From the NCBI GenBank assembly GCA_964016885.1, contig OZ024740.1, forward strand, positions 226,300,001 through 226,364,000: DNA of 64,000 nt. The letters are read 5' to 3'. Positions 13,928 to 27,587 of the stretch are shown here, one piece after another (positions within the stretch are counted from its first letter, which is position 1; the number at the start of each line of letters is the position of its first letter). The notes under the pieces were generated by a model. That model did no database searches. It was not told where the DNA came from and saw only the letters and a list, made by a program, of their open reading frames with translations. The stretch comes from Eledone cirrhosa (Eukaryota). Position numbers and translations under genes: made by a program.

Positions 13928-14606
13928 ACACCATATTTACAAGGAGGAAGCTAGCCCACTGTGTAGGATCTGTGGAGAGAGGAGACTGTGGCTCACATTG
14001 TATCCGAGTGTAAACACCTAGCCCAGACTCACTATAAAGGCCGGAGATATGATGTGATGGGCAGGGTGATCCACTGGCACCTATGATGCAAAGTAAACAA
14101 TTTACCACATTCTGAGAAGTGGTATGAGCATAAGCCAGAGTCGGTGATAGAAAACGATCAGGTGAAGGTGCTATGGGATTTTAGGATACAGACGGACAAG
14201 AAACTGGAACACAATAGACCTGACCTGGTGGTTTTGGACAAGGAAAAAAGATCGTGCCTGATTGTAGATGTAGCCTGCCCATTTGACACAAGAGTGCAAG
14301 AGAAGGAGAGGGAGAAAATTAACCGATCCCAAGACTTAAAGTGGGAGGTAAAAAGGATTTGGAACATGAAGTCAGAGTCGTCCCGATTGTCATAGGCGCA
14401 CTAGGTACTATCTCAAAGAGTTTCCAAGGATGGTTAAAGATATTTAGTCCAGCCCCGCTTTTTGGAACACTTCAAAAGGCATGCTTGCTGGGAACAGCAA
14501 GAACCCTCCGATACGTCCTGAATATCTGAGGCTGCAGGTAGCAGCTTGATATTCCTTTCAACAAACTTTCCAGTTAAATAACATCAATGACTGAGACTCA
14601 AAGAAC
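13928..14606 (+). mobile_element. 5'-truncated R4/Dong-type element, second family
   Basis: LWDFRIQTDKKLEHNRPDLVV..IVDVACP..VVPIVIGALG RLE C-terminus; bounded by (TAA)n on both sides. Confidence 0.85.
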
Positions 14607-14630
14607 AATAATAATAATAATAATAATAAT

Positions 14631-15761
14631 TTGGACAGGCCAAATACCTTGAAACAAAAAAAATAGGCTGTAAGCTGAAACTTGTTGAAAACGTGAGAGA
14701 AATAAGGAGCTTTATTCTATCTTGAAGGAGAGCAAAAATATGCTACCAATCTCATGATTGACACCCAGGCTGGTCAGATTAAGGGAAATGCTGCAACTGA
14801 TGCTGCTAAGCATATAAAATTAATGGCAAAAGCAAAAGGGCAAGAACAATTAGCATCAAAGTGGGAGCAGAAACCTCTGCATGGCAAATATGTGGCCCAT
14901 AGCAAACAAGCTGATGTTGACCAGAAGCACACCTATCAGTGGCTACGTAGTTCAAGGCTAAAAGCAGAGAGCAAAGGCTTCATCTTAACAGACCAAGATC
15001 AAAGCTCATTGATACAGAATTACCAGGCCAATGTGAGGAGAAATGGAGTAAATCCAAAGTGCCAGTTCTGCAATGATATGGTGGAAACAGTGGACCACCT
15101 AGTTTCTGGATGTAAAGTTTTAGCCCCAGCAGAGTACAAATATAGACATGACAGAGTTGATCAATAACTACACTGGCTAATATGACGGCATTATAAAATC
15201 AAAACTGCTAACAAGTGGTACAATCATCACCCTGAGGCTCAACTCAAAGAGAAAAAATAACGATACTTTGGGACTTTCCTGTAAATACTGACCAGACCAT
15301 AAAAGCTAATAGACCAGATATCATTGTAAAAGACAAGATAGCAAGGTATCTTTATTGATTGCTATGAGCATCCCATGTGATCACAATATTGCAGTAAAAG
15401 AATTCGACAAGCTAAGAAAATATAAAGATCTGCTCATTGAAATTGAAAAGAATTTGGCACCTCAAGGTCGTTACAATACCAGTGATTGTAGGAGCACTGG
15501 AAATGATCAAGAAAGGAACAGAACAGTATTTGAGAATGATCCCTGATTTACCCTCTCTGAAAGAGGTGCAGAAAATTGTTTTAACTGGTACTGCACACAT
15601 ATTGAGAAGAGCACTATCTCTGTGAAAATTATAATCAATTTGATGTGTTAACTGTCTTACCAATGTATACAGTGAGTTTATTTTCCCTAGGTGTCAGGAA
15701 AACAATTGGCATATAATCGAAACAATACTGAAGGAAAAGGAAAAACAATGATAATGATAAT
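14631..15761 (+). mobile_element. 5'-truncated R4/Dong-type element, third family
   Basis: KPLHGKY, CQFC..ETVDHLVSGC, RHD, NRPDI, KYKDL, IPVIVGAL; degenerate AAT/GAT tail. Confidence 0.85.
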
Positions 15762-17028
15762 ATGGACTTAGATCGATATCCATTGATTTTGATCTTGTTG
15801 TTTACAATTTGCTCAACAAATTCATTTGGAACATTGAGATCAATTGTAATACAACATTCCCAGCCAGAAGCCTAAGCTATGAAGACAGTGTAATTATTGT
15901 ATCGACAGATTAACATATGAAAACGTTAAAATACCCACAATGTCATCAATTGAAACAACCTGTATCCTCCTAGTTTAGCACACAAAATTCTGCCAGAGTA
16001 TGAATATATATATATATGAATAGCATGTTAGTAATAAAAAAAAAGTAGCAAGACCATTATTTAACTTGTCTACACCAACACACACACATATATTAAGGTA
16101 TACAGAAACCTTCTGAACATCACCTAGACCTATAAGGCAGTCACTGTCTTTGCATTGGTTGTAGACATAAATGGTGTGACGATGACACTAAAATTTTCAG
16201 CTAGAATAGAAGGGTTGCCATAATTTTCATTTTATCAGATGTGAAAGTTATTGTATTCAAGTCATATTTCTGTTCCCCCTTATATCATCACTATTTTCAT
16301 CACTACAGCCATCATTGTTACCATTATTGTCACAATAACTTCCTATTTACATAGTTTTCATTATTTTAATTGGGGGGAATATTAATCTGATTCTCAGATT
16401 AGGTTAACAATATTCAAATTTTCCAGGATTCACCCCATCTCTTACATGGCTGTTGTTTAGCCCCAGGTCAGTCATAATTGAGCAGACATATGATCAATCC
16501 ATTCTTTTTTTAGAACCACGTCCAGTGTGTCCATTTTTACGACTGTCTTCTGTAATTTAAAGTAAAGTTTATTGCTATTTCATGCAAGCATAGTGACCAC
16601 ATAAAACTTCAGCTTTTTGCCTGGTTCCAAAGTTCACTGGAGTCACAAAGCTAATACTGGTCATTTGTGAGTTGAATTCAAGATTGAAGCCGCAGTGTAA
16701 AAATGTGGTTTATGAAAAATATACTTTCAAAATTAAAAACTGGGAAACTGGGAAAATGAATTTCTTCTTAGTTTATAAAATCAACTTGAGTAGACAGAAC
16801 TTTCAAAATACTGGAGTCTGTGGGAAAATCTATTTAAATAAAACGGATCCTTAGCAGTAAAATGTTTGTGAACCACTGGTGTGGTGCTTCCTTCATTGAC
16901 TCCTCTTACAGGGTTATGTACTAGCATTGCCATTGCCTAAAAGTTGGAGTGAGCACAATATAAATAAGTTGCATACAGTTTTTTATGGCTTTTTGTTTTT
17001 AGTAGAAAAAAACTGCAACCCACACACC

Positions 17029-17378
17029 GTACTCTCGGGTCTCAAATAATGCCATCCACCTCTTTTATTAATTTTTCAGATTTTTTCCAACCTCCCTGCT
17101 CTTTCTCCTCCCCCACCCGCTTATTATAATTTTAAGTGGTAGCATCTCTGCTACAATTAATTTTCTTTATACATTAAAAATCATTATAAATGACAAAAAT
17201 ATAACATTACAAGAAATCCCATATGATATAAACAGGATAGGTTGGGGTCTTAATATGTAAACTAAACGATTAATTTCTTTTTTTAATCAAGGGAAACAAC
17301 CTAGAAAAATTACCGATTTTCCACACCCCTCTTAATCACCCACCACCACCTATTCTATTGTTTGGGACCCAGGAGTAC
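17029..17378. mobile_element. Putative MITE (non-autonomous DNA transposon) with ~22-bp terminal inverted repeats
   Basis: gtactctcgggtctcaaataat ... attgtttgggacccaggagtac form imperfect TIRs around a non-coding interior. Confidence 0.55.
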
Positions 17379-18054
17379 TTGAAAGAATGAGTACTTTTTG
17401 ATGTGATGTTTCTTTTTGATGGCTAAATAGTTTGTATTTTTTGTCTTATTTAATAGGCATTTCTACTTTAAAGTTCTTCCTATTGCCGACTACTATGACA
17501 CAATGGACTTAAATATTTTTATTGAAACATCAGCAAAAATAAGAGTGGTTATCTTCTTTTCAAAGAAAAACTACAATCAACTCTTATTGATTTTATAGAG
17601 GAATTCCAATATCCTTAATGGCTTCTTGCAGCTACAATTGTTTAAGGATCCCAACCTTTTCTGAATTTAAGTTTCAATATAAAACAAAATAAAACTGTGT
17701 GCAACCAGTGAGATCAAGGAACTGGAACAAATTGAGATACATCAGTATTTTTCAAGGAAGACTAGGGGTTGGAATAAAGGTAAATATGTAAGGAGGGAGT
17801 GGTAGAGCAAGCAAAAATGCACATAAACATGAGAAGCTGATTAATTTATTCAAGGAATGCCTTCCATGAAAACAATTGTTTAATGTTGGTCCATACACAA
17901 GCAACATATTGTCAGCTGAATGCAATAATAGATTTCACTGAACCAGAAATTGGAACCTTTAAGTCTGCAACATGTTTTAATGATCAATAAAGATAAATGC
18001 TTGGAAATATTCACAGAATTCCTTCCATACAGCAAGAGCAGCAACCAAGGTAAT

Positions 18055-18151
18055 ATATGTATGTATGTATGTATGTATGTAAGACGTATGTATGTAAGAC
18101 GTATGTATGTATGTATGTACGTATGTATATATATATATATATATATATAAA

Positions 18152-18209
<58 letters not shown>

Positions 18210-18247
18210 CAGACTTACACATACATTTATATATATATATGCTCATA

Positions 18248-18309
<62 letters not shown>

Positions 18310-18607
18310 CATAAGTGTGTGTGTATACAATACATATTTACTTGTTTCTGTAAGTATACATTGATTAAAAAATTAAACAAAAGTAGAGGAAAAAAAAACA
18401 TTTTCAAAAGAATCAAATAGTTTTGTTAAGTAACTGAAATTAAATTACCTTCTTCAAAGAATCTGAAATGAAATTAAAATCTCAGCCATTAGCAATTGCC
18501 CTAAAGAAATGACAGCAGTAAACTGAATAGATAAAAAATTGATGAAAAATTTTGCCAGCGTGTAGGCATACATTCACACACACATACACTTAGAAATATA
18601 TCATACA

Positions 18608-18654
<47 letters not shown>

Positions 18655-18729
18655 CATCTAACCCATGCTAGCGTGGAAGAACGGACGTAAAACGGTGATG
18701 ATGATGATGATGATGATGATATATATATA

Positions 18730-18785
<56 letters not shown>

Positions 18786-19625
18786 ATATATACACATATA
18801 TATATTTATATATATATATATATATACACATATATATATTTATATATATACATATATATATATATTTATATATATACATATATATATATATTTATATATA
18901 TACATATATATATATGTATATATATACATATATATTTATTTATTTATATATATATATATTAATATATATATATATGTATATATAAAAATAAATAAATATA
19001 TATATATATTAATATATATATATATGTATATATAAAAATAAATATATATATTTATCTATATATATATATATATATATTTATTTTTATATATACATATATA
19101 TATATATTAATATATATATAGAGAGAGAGAGATAGATAGATAGATATAAATGGAAAAAATGAAACGAAATTTCATACATACTTATATTATAGATATAAAT
19201 ATATGTATATATATGTATATATTTGTATGATATAATTCCATATGTATGTGTGTATGTGTATCATCATCGTTTAATGTCCATTTCAATGTACATATATATG
19301 TGTATATATATATATATGTGTGTGTGTGTGTGCGTGCGTGTGTGTGTGTGCTTGTGTGTTTGTATGTATGTGTATATCTATATATGTATCCATATATATG
19401 CAAGTATGTGTATATATATGTATGTATGCATATGTATGTATGTGTATATAAATGCACATATATATGTATGTATGCATATATATATATGTATTTATGTATA
19501 TATATATATATATTTGTATGTTATATATATATATGCATACATGTATGTGTATATATGCATACATGTATGTTTATATATGTTTATATATTAATACTCACAC
19601 ACACACATACATATATACATACACC
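18055..19625. repeat. Cluster of (TA)n, (TATG)n and (TG)n compound microsatellites with short unique spacers and an RTE-tail remnant at ~18660-18720
   Basis: Direct reading. Confidence 0.85.
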
Positions 19626-20399
19626 TTTAAAATATGTATTTATGTATTGTTTATCTTTAAAACTTAACATTTTGGAATTGAACATTTCAAAGATTTATAT
19701 TTCTAATATCTATCAAAAGCTGAAGTCTTTACTTTTCTCCCCTTTTATCTACTGTTGTTTCAGAAGAGAACTTTGGTTTATTGGCTTGTTTGGCTTTTAA
19801 TTTATCAAAGAATACTTTTCATTTTAGTTTAGCAAATAAACAAGAAGTATGATAAATTAAGCATTGAAGCCTGTTTAAACTACTGTGTGTAAATATTTCA
19901 TTTTAATAAAAGTGAATTTTGTCTATATGCAACAATTTATGACAGAAATTAATAATAGATTCTCAATGTTGACAATTTAAAGTAGTTAGATTTTAATTCT
20001 CTTTATTATGAATACCTCAAAGTTGCTGCTGACCAATTTGTTACAGTGTATGTTTGTTGGTCGAAATAACAATAGTTCGTTTCTTACCACCTTGCTGCAC
20101 TATGCCGTAAATCCATTTTGTGACCATATTTCGAATGATAAACTTTGTATTTCAATTAATTAAGGAAGAATTTGCATGGATTTACTAAAATTATTAATTT
20201 TTTAATTACCATATTTCAAAGGAAAGACATAGCTGCTTATTATTTCCTAATCATTTTTGAAGGGATTAGTAAAACAATTAATTTTCTCATTAAGCTGATG
20301 CTTTGGGCATGAGTTACAACCAACAGATAGATTTAGCAAAGAACAGACCAGTGGAAGTATTGTTTCTTACCCCAATCTAATGATTGGTTCCTTTCCTTG

Positions 20400-20700
20400 A
20401 GGAATCAAATGATGTGCGTGAGTTGGATTGATTTATTATACTTCTTGTTATTTGTGAACTAAGAGGCACATGTGATGCATTTAGATGGAGATTGCTAGAA
20501 GAAAAAGTGTTAGAAGTTCCCAATGGAAGGAAGTTACAGTCAAGGAAGACCAAGGAAAGGATGGGCAGAAGCAAATGTCAAAACTCTGAACCTCACAGAT
20601 GTGATTAGGAAGAAACACAAAAAGTCAGAGAGGTTGTACTGGAAAAGATTAGTCCAACCCAAGCACACATGAAAAACTGAACATGAAAGGATGATGATGA
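20400..20700 (+). mobile_element. Highly degraded RTE 3' fragment
   Basis: ggcacatgtgatgcat..ggaaggaagttacagtcaaggaagaccaagg..ccaacccaagc..gatgatgat aligns loosely with 24026-24274. Confidence 0.45.
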
Positions 20701-21004
20701 AGTCCTTACATAAAATTATAACTATGATTAACTGTTTTTAGATAAATATAAACATCTTGAAACAAACAATTTTATACATAGCCGATCACTTGGATTTTTA
20801 CAAAGTGCTGCGGTGATAAAGTTAATATAAAGACTGCTAAAAAAACATACAAAATAGGGTGAAGACACTTAAAGGCAGAAAAAGAACTTGTCATCAGCAT
20901 ATATAGAAGACACAGTTTTTCATAGCAGTCGATGTGATGGCAACGTTTTTTTTTTCATCTTATTTCATAAGCTATTTTATAGCATCTCTATGCATGAGCA
21001 AAGC

Positions 21005-21037
<33 letters not shown>

Positions 21038-21041
<4 letters not shown>

Positions 21042-21347
21042 CGTTTCTGAATTTGTTTAGCAAGATTCTTTATCTGAAAACGTGTGTTGAAACCGATATT
21101 GTTATACTTTGGGAGGGTCATGTTGCCAATAAGAAACACACGCACCAGTTGCTTTCACTTCAATTTATTATAATAAATTTATAAATTTTGGAATTTATAA
21201 ATTTCCGGTTGGTTGGTTCCACAACCAGATGATTGTTTATATATTGTCAAAGTTCTTTCGTCACACATTCTGTGACTGGGGATTCTTTTCTTTGTTTTTG
21301 TGCCTCTCCTTTGTTCTGTCCTATGCCATCTTGTTTTGTGTGTGTGT
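21038..21347 (-). mobile_element. Solo fragment of the PLE terminal repeat (pLTR) of the 27390-29350 family; HHR core deleted
   Basis: Reverse complement of ~29025-29350, but lacks ctcttcagtgac, so the CUGAAGAG core is lost between two gtgac direct repeats. Confidence 0.8.
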
Positions 21348-21362
21348 TCATACCCTTTATAT

Positions 21363-22010
<648 letters not shown>

Positions 22011-22019
22011 GTGTAGCAT

Positions 22020-22355
22020 AAATACCCCTTTCATTAACAAATGACCTTGGGAGTTGCACATATAAATTTTCTCTCTGAGGACAAGTCCAGGCAAGGTTGT
22101 TTGCGGAAGACCAGCAGCTGCCCCTGCTTACCAGTCTCTCCTCTCCATCCAACCAATGTTGACCAACGGAGAGGCAAAGGACAATGCAGCTTGGCACCAG
22201 TGGCATCACAATTCATTTCTACAGCTGTGTAAACTGGAGCAACGTGAAATAAAGTGTCTTGCTCAAGGAAACTACACACCACTCATTCTAGGAATCAAAC
22301 TTAGAACCTCATTATTGTAAGCCCAATGCTCTAATCACTAAATCATACTCCTTCA
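22020..22355 (-). mobile_element. CORE-type tRNA SINE (3' variant B)
   Basis: Head and core like family A; 3' half matches 620-820. Confidence 0.75.
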
Positions 22356-23010
22356 CTCATATATATATATATATATTATAACACACATAAACACACTTAT
22401 GATATATCTATTATTTCTAATACTTAAAATCTTTTTAGGTAGAAGAGATAATTTTGTGCAAGAAAACTATTTTTAAAAAGCGAAAAGAAGCTATGTTTAA
22501 AACCCTTAATGAGTTTATAGAGTAATGAGAAGGAAATTGATGATTATCATAAATATCAGCTGGCAACCAGTCGAACATAAAAGATAAAAGAGGTACAAGC
22601 AATATATCTTTTATCTTTTAGAACATAAATCTTTTTATATGAAACGTTATTTTTTTTAACATTTCAAACAACTTTCAAGTAAATTCAAAGTGGTTTGTTT
22701 CAAAGGAATCAACGAAGAATTAGATATAATTTGATGAACTTACTAAAATGGCCATCATTGCAATTTAATGAAGTGATGAAAAGTATAGGCATGGCTATGT
22801 GGTTCATAAAAGATGTTTGGTCTGATGCTATGGGATTTCTTTTTATCTAACCCCACTTCCTGGCAATTTGTGAAAGAATCATCTACCAAAGCTCAGGTTG
22901 AACAATGAGTGAGATTTATTAGAGAGAAATCTGTCATACATTGACATCAACATCATCATCATTTAACAGTCATTGTTCAACTCTTGCATGGGTAATATAT
23001 GTATATATAT

Positions 23011-24274
23011 ATAGCTTTTGTTGACCTAGAGTAGGCCTTTGATAGGGTACCCCGATCTGTCATCTGGTGGTCCCTAAGGAAGCTGGGTGTTGAGGAATGG
23101 CTTGTGAGGACAGTGCAAGCTTTGTATAGAGGTGCTGTCAGTAAAGTGAGGGTAGGAATGGAGTTTAGTGAGGAATTCCAGATATAAGTAGGAGCACATC
23201 AGGGTTCGGTCCTCAGCCCGCTCTTGTTCATTATAGTCCTCCAAGCCGTAACAGAGGAATTTAAGACTGACTGTCCATGAGAACTTCTCAATGCTGACGA
23301 TTTGGTTCTTATAACAGAATCAGTAGAGGAGCTGGAGAATAAATTCTGGCTATGGAAACAACAGTTGGAATCAAGAGGACTGGGAGTTAACCTAGCTAAG
23401 ACAAAAGAGTTGATGAGTAGAAAAGAGGATAAAACTCTGATTCCAGCAGGGAAATAGCCATGTTCAATATGCAAAAAAGGAACTGGCATAACTTCTATAA
23501 AATGTACACAATGCAGATCTTGGGTACACAAGAGATGTAGTGGGATAGCAGGCAAACTAACAAGTAGGGAGAAATACGTATGCAGTAGATGTACAGGGAA
23601 ATTTGACAGTAGAAGTCGCATTGATAGACACATTTTTCAAACGCAGGTGGGTGCTATAGAAGTGGTTAATAATTTCCGGTACCTAGGTGATCAGATTAGC
23701 ATGGAAGGGGGGTGTTCCGAGGCCATAGTATCTAGAATAAGGACAGGCTGGAAGAAGTTTAGGGAGTTGCTTCCTCTGCTGATGAAGAAGCGTTTCTCCC
23801 TGCGTACGAAAGGCCGGTTATGATGCCTGTGTGAGGTATGCGATGCTGCATGGTAGTGACTGCAACTGCAGAGGATATGCGACGGCTGGAGAGAAATGGG
23901 GCAAGCATGCTCCATTGGATGTGCAATGTCAATGTGCGTGAACGGCCAAGCATGGATGTGTTGAGAGAGAAACTGTGTCTGAGAGGGATAAATTGTTGTG
24001 TGCAGGAGAGGAGACTACCAAGGTATGGACATGTGATGCGCATGAAGGATGACCGATGGGTGAAGAAGTGCCAAGAAATGCCAGTTGAAGGAAGACGTAG
24101 TAGAGGAAGACCACAAAAAACATGGGCGGAGGTGGTGAGAGCAGACCTCAGATCGCTGAAGCTCATGGTGGAGATGACAAAGGACCGTGACAAGTGGAGA
24201 GATGCTGTGCTGAATAGGACTCATCCCACCCTTGCAAGCAGGGAAAAGCAGACGTAAAATGATGATGATGATGA
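23011..24274 (+). mobile_element. 5'-truncated RTE-clade LINE with PHD-type finger and (ATG)n tail
   Basis: AFVDLE.AFDRVPR, GAHQGSVLSPLLF, LLNADDLVL, FRYLG, RYGHVMRM, RSRGRPQKTW; C4HC3 finger at 23461-23592. Confidence 0.9.
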
Positions 24275-26640
24275 TATATATATATGTATATGTATGTGTG
24301 TGTGTGTCTGCCTGTCTTCATATAGGTAATGCTTTGCAAATGGTGATGCTTGTTTATGTCCTATAATACAATAGATCAAGATGAAGGAACTAAGGGTTTT
24401 CTTCAGGAAGGGCATCTAGTGATAGAATACTGCCTTAAAATGTTTTCTGCAACCTATGCCAGCATGGAAAAAGTCAATGTAAAAAAAACAAAGTAAGTTA
24501 CAGTAAAACAAAAATTAGTTGTCAAAAGTTTCAAGAGAATTGTTAAGGATTGGCATGAGGCAAAAAATATAGGATTCTAATCAAAATGTAGACCATTCAG
24601 AAAATAAACTATCAGAGCATTGAGTCGATTGAAATTCTTAGCAGATGTAGAAATCTCAGAAACAGAACATAACTGTAAGCACATTCGATTGCTATAGATA
24701 TTAGCTTCGAAAAATCAGGTAAAATAACCATATTGATGGAAAAAGCAACTACAACAAAAATTTATGGCTATTTATGGCTAGAATACTTGAGTTTGTGATA
24801 GGAATTTCTCTTGCAAGTATACCCAAGGAAAAATGCTACTGGTGGTACCCCCATCCAAGCACAGGTCTGAACTACATGTCATATAAGTTAATTCTTTCAT
24901 ATGCTGCTTTTGTTGTTGTTTAACCTTAGGTAAGCACTAATCAAATGTATTTAAGATCCAAAATGTTCCAGATGTGATATTTCCATCCGTTTTTCTTTTA
25001 CTGCTTTAATATATCTTGGATTATATTAACGAATATGCCTTTTCTTGATGGAGATTTTATCGTTAATTTTTTAAGGAAGGGCAACCATGTAGAGGTTTCC
25101 TCATTGTGTCCTGTAGTCATTATAATTGGGGAACAAAATAATGAGCCTTGTTAGGTAAAAGTAAGCAACTCTTAAGCCAAGTTTGCAGTGTGATTTTGGT
25201 TCCTGATCGGAATCATGTGTTTCTATATTACAAATCCCATTGAGAAATGTATGAATGCTACACTGTTGTATTTAATTGCTTTAGAGGTTTTAGGTCTTGT
25301 GCTTGTATGACCTGAAAGAAGGTTCATGCTTTTTTATAAGACAGGGCATATGGTCGATTGAATTGACACCAACATATTACTGGTAATTACTTTATTAACC
25401 TTGGAGGAAAAGAATCAATATTCATAAGATAAAACTACATTCTTTCTCTAGTTCTAGAATTTCTGTAAAGTATTAAAAAAGAGGAAATGTTATGAAGATT
25501 CCATTAACAAATATCATTTTAAAGAACAACCTATTTATTTCATGGTTCAGATATTTTGAAAAAGAAAAATAAATTGTTTTCTTTTATCCACTCGTAGTTA
25601 TTTAGTTATGTGGATTGCATGTAAGAACCCAAAACGTGTTTTCTTGTAATAATGTCAGTGAAATCAATTATTCCTTTGTCATCATTCATGTTGTAGTTGA
25701 TGTTGTTGTTGATGTTGGTGTTGTTGTTGTAATGGCTGACTTGCTACTTGTTGTCTAAGAAGATAATTCAATGGCTGATGGTATTGATTTTAGGAAACGA
25801 AAAATATATTTTAAAAATAACAATAACAACAACGACAAAAAACAATGTTAAAATGTTTTGCCAGGGAAAAAAACTTTAAGATAACTGTTCACAATGTCTT
25901 TTTCTCCTTTCATGTATTTCTTTCCATGAATGAAATTAGTTCTAGAATAATAATAAACAGAACTGGTAGTAGTAGTTTGTTAAAGAGGAATATCTCTGTG
26001 TTAAAAGCTTGAAGAAAATGATGCACAAAAATATACTTAATGGCATATATTGTTGCTATACCATATGAAATATAACTTCTTTCAGTTCTTCTGCTAGTTC
26101 TATTTCAGTGACTTTTGTCAACTTCTCTATTAAGTAGAATACAATAATATATAAGATAATTTATCATGTTTTTCTTCTTTGACTAATGAAAAATAACAAT
26201 GCTTATAATATCATCTTTTCTAATTTTACAAAATAATTCTTTCCATTGGTATTGATTGCTAGAAATAAAACTATTTTTTAGGGGAGACTCCTATACAGAA
26301 AATATAATCAAACATACCATATTCCTGTTGCTTAATTTATCACTTACTTAATGTTGGATGAATGGCAAAGTTGAACAATGTAAAATTTAAAACTCAGAGC
26401 TGTAATGTATAGATTTGTCAATACAGGCTTCTGATCTCAAGACATTCAGTCTCATTTATCTCCCCATTTAGTTTTCAAACAATATGAACAATTGCACATA
26501 CTATTTTAAGACACATTTTATTTAGGCTTCATGATTTAAAAAAAAAAATTATTCTATACCAAAACTGGAAAAATTTGCATTGAATTTCAAAGTATTTTTA
26601 TTTAAAAAAAGGAGAATAATATTTCAAGCTACATAGCTAT

Positions 26641-26752
26641 AAATATATGAGAAATCTTGTGTGTGATCTCCATATCAAAATGTGTGTATATATTTATATA
26701 TATATATACACATTCTGATATGGAGAGCACAAACAAGATTTCTCATATATTT
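26641..26752. repeat. Fold-back with ~45-bp near-perfect arms around a (TA)n loop
   Basis: aaatatatgagaaatcttgtgtgtgatctccatatcaaaatgtgt / acacattctgatatggagagcacaaacaagatttctcatatattt. Confidence 0.8.
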
Positions 26753-27090
26753 CACCATCATCACCATCATTTACGTCTGCTTTTCCCTGCATGAAAGGGT
26801 GGGACAGGAACTGATTCTGGATTAATTTCTACAGCTGGATGCCCTTCCTAACACCAACCTCATTTACAGTGAGTACTGGGTGCTTTTTTGCCGTGGCGCC
26901 TACACGTCCACTTTGCAGTGGAATGATAGGGACCCCAGTCCTATCATCTTATTTCTACAGCTGAGTAAGCTGGAACAATGTGAAATAAAGTGTCTTGCTC
27001 AAGGAAACAACACATCACCCGGTCTGAGAATTGAACTCACAACCTTTCGATTGCAAGGCCAATGCTCTAACCACTAAGCTATGTGTCTCC
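26753..27090 (-). mobile_element. CORE-type tRNA SINE, family A
   Basis: Colinear with the reverse complement of 45233-45577. Confidence 0.85.
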
Positions 27091-27128
27091 ATGAAAATAT
27101 ATATATATACACACATATAAACCCACAC

Positions 27129-27161
<33 letters not shown>

Positions 27162-27211
27162 TATGTATATATATATATTTATACATATATATATATATAT
27201 ATATACACATG

Positions 27212-27250
<39 letters not shown>

Positions 27251-27286
27251 GTGTGTGTATATATATATATATGTATATATATACAC

Positions 27287-27380
27287 ACGTCGTTCCCCAC
27301 AACCACTATCAAGAGCGTGAACCTAATAAATCTTCATTTGTCTGCCTCTCTGTTTTGTTCCCGTCTAAATGTGCACTATA
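27287..27380 (+). mobile_element. 3'-terminal fragment of the PLE family at 30146-31945
   Basis: tcaagagcgtgaacctaataaa...gttcccgtctaaa..gcacta is the reverse complement of 30146-30220. Confidence 0.75.
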
Positions 27381-27544
27381 TATATATATTGTTATACTTT
27401 GGGAGGGTCATGTTGCCAATAAGAAACACACACACCAGTTGCTTTCACTTCAATTTATTATAAATTAAATTTATAAATTTAGGAATTTATAAATTTCCAG
27501 TTGGTTGGTTGGTTGGTTCCACAACCAGATGATGTTCATATATT

Positions 27545-27587
27545 GTCAAAGTTCTTTCGTCACACATTCTGTGACCTCTTCAGTGAC
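27545..27587 (-). ncRNA. Minimal type I hammerhead ribozyme fold in the inverted pLTR
   Basis: GTCA-CTGAAGAG-GTCAC/GTGAC-GAAA-GAAC-TT-TGAC. Confidence 0.6.

Noticed and set aside
17975-18052. Minus-strand [23 protein letters not shown], resembling Gypsy RNase H
   Set aside because: Too short, followed by a stop, and no other LTR-retrotransposon features nearby.
25680-25790. Minus-strand Gln/His-rich frame
   Set aside because: Short, stop-bounded and explained by a degenerate (CAA)n repeat.
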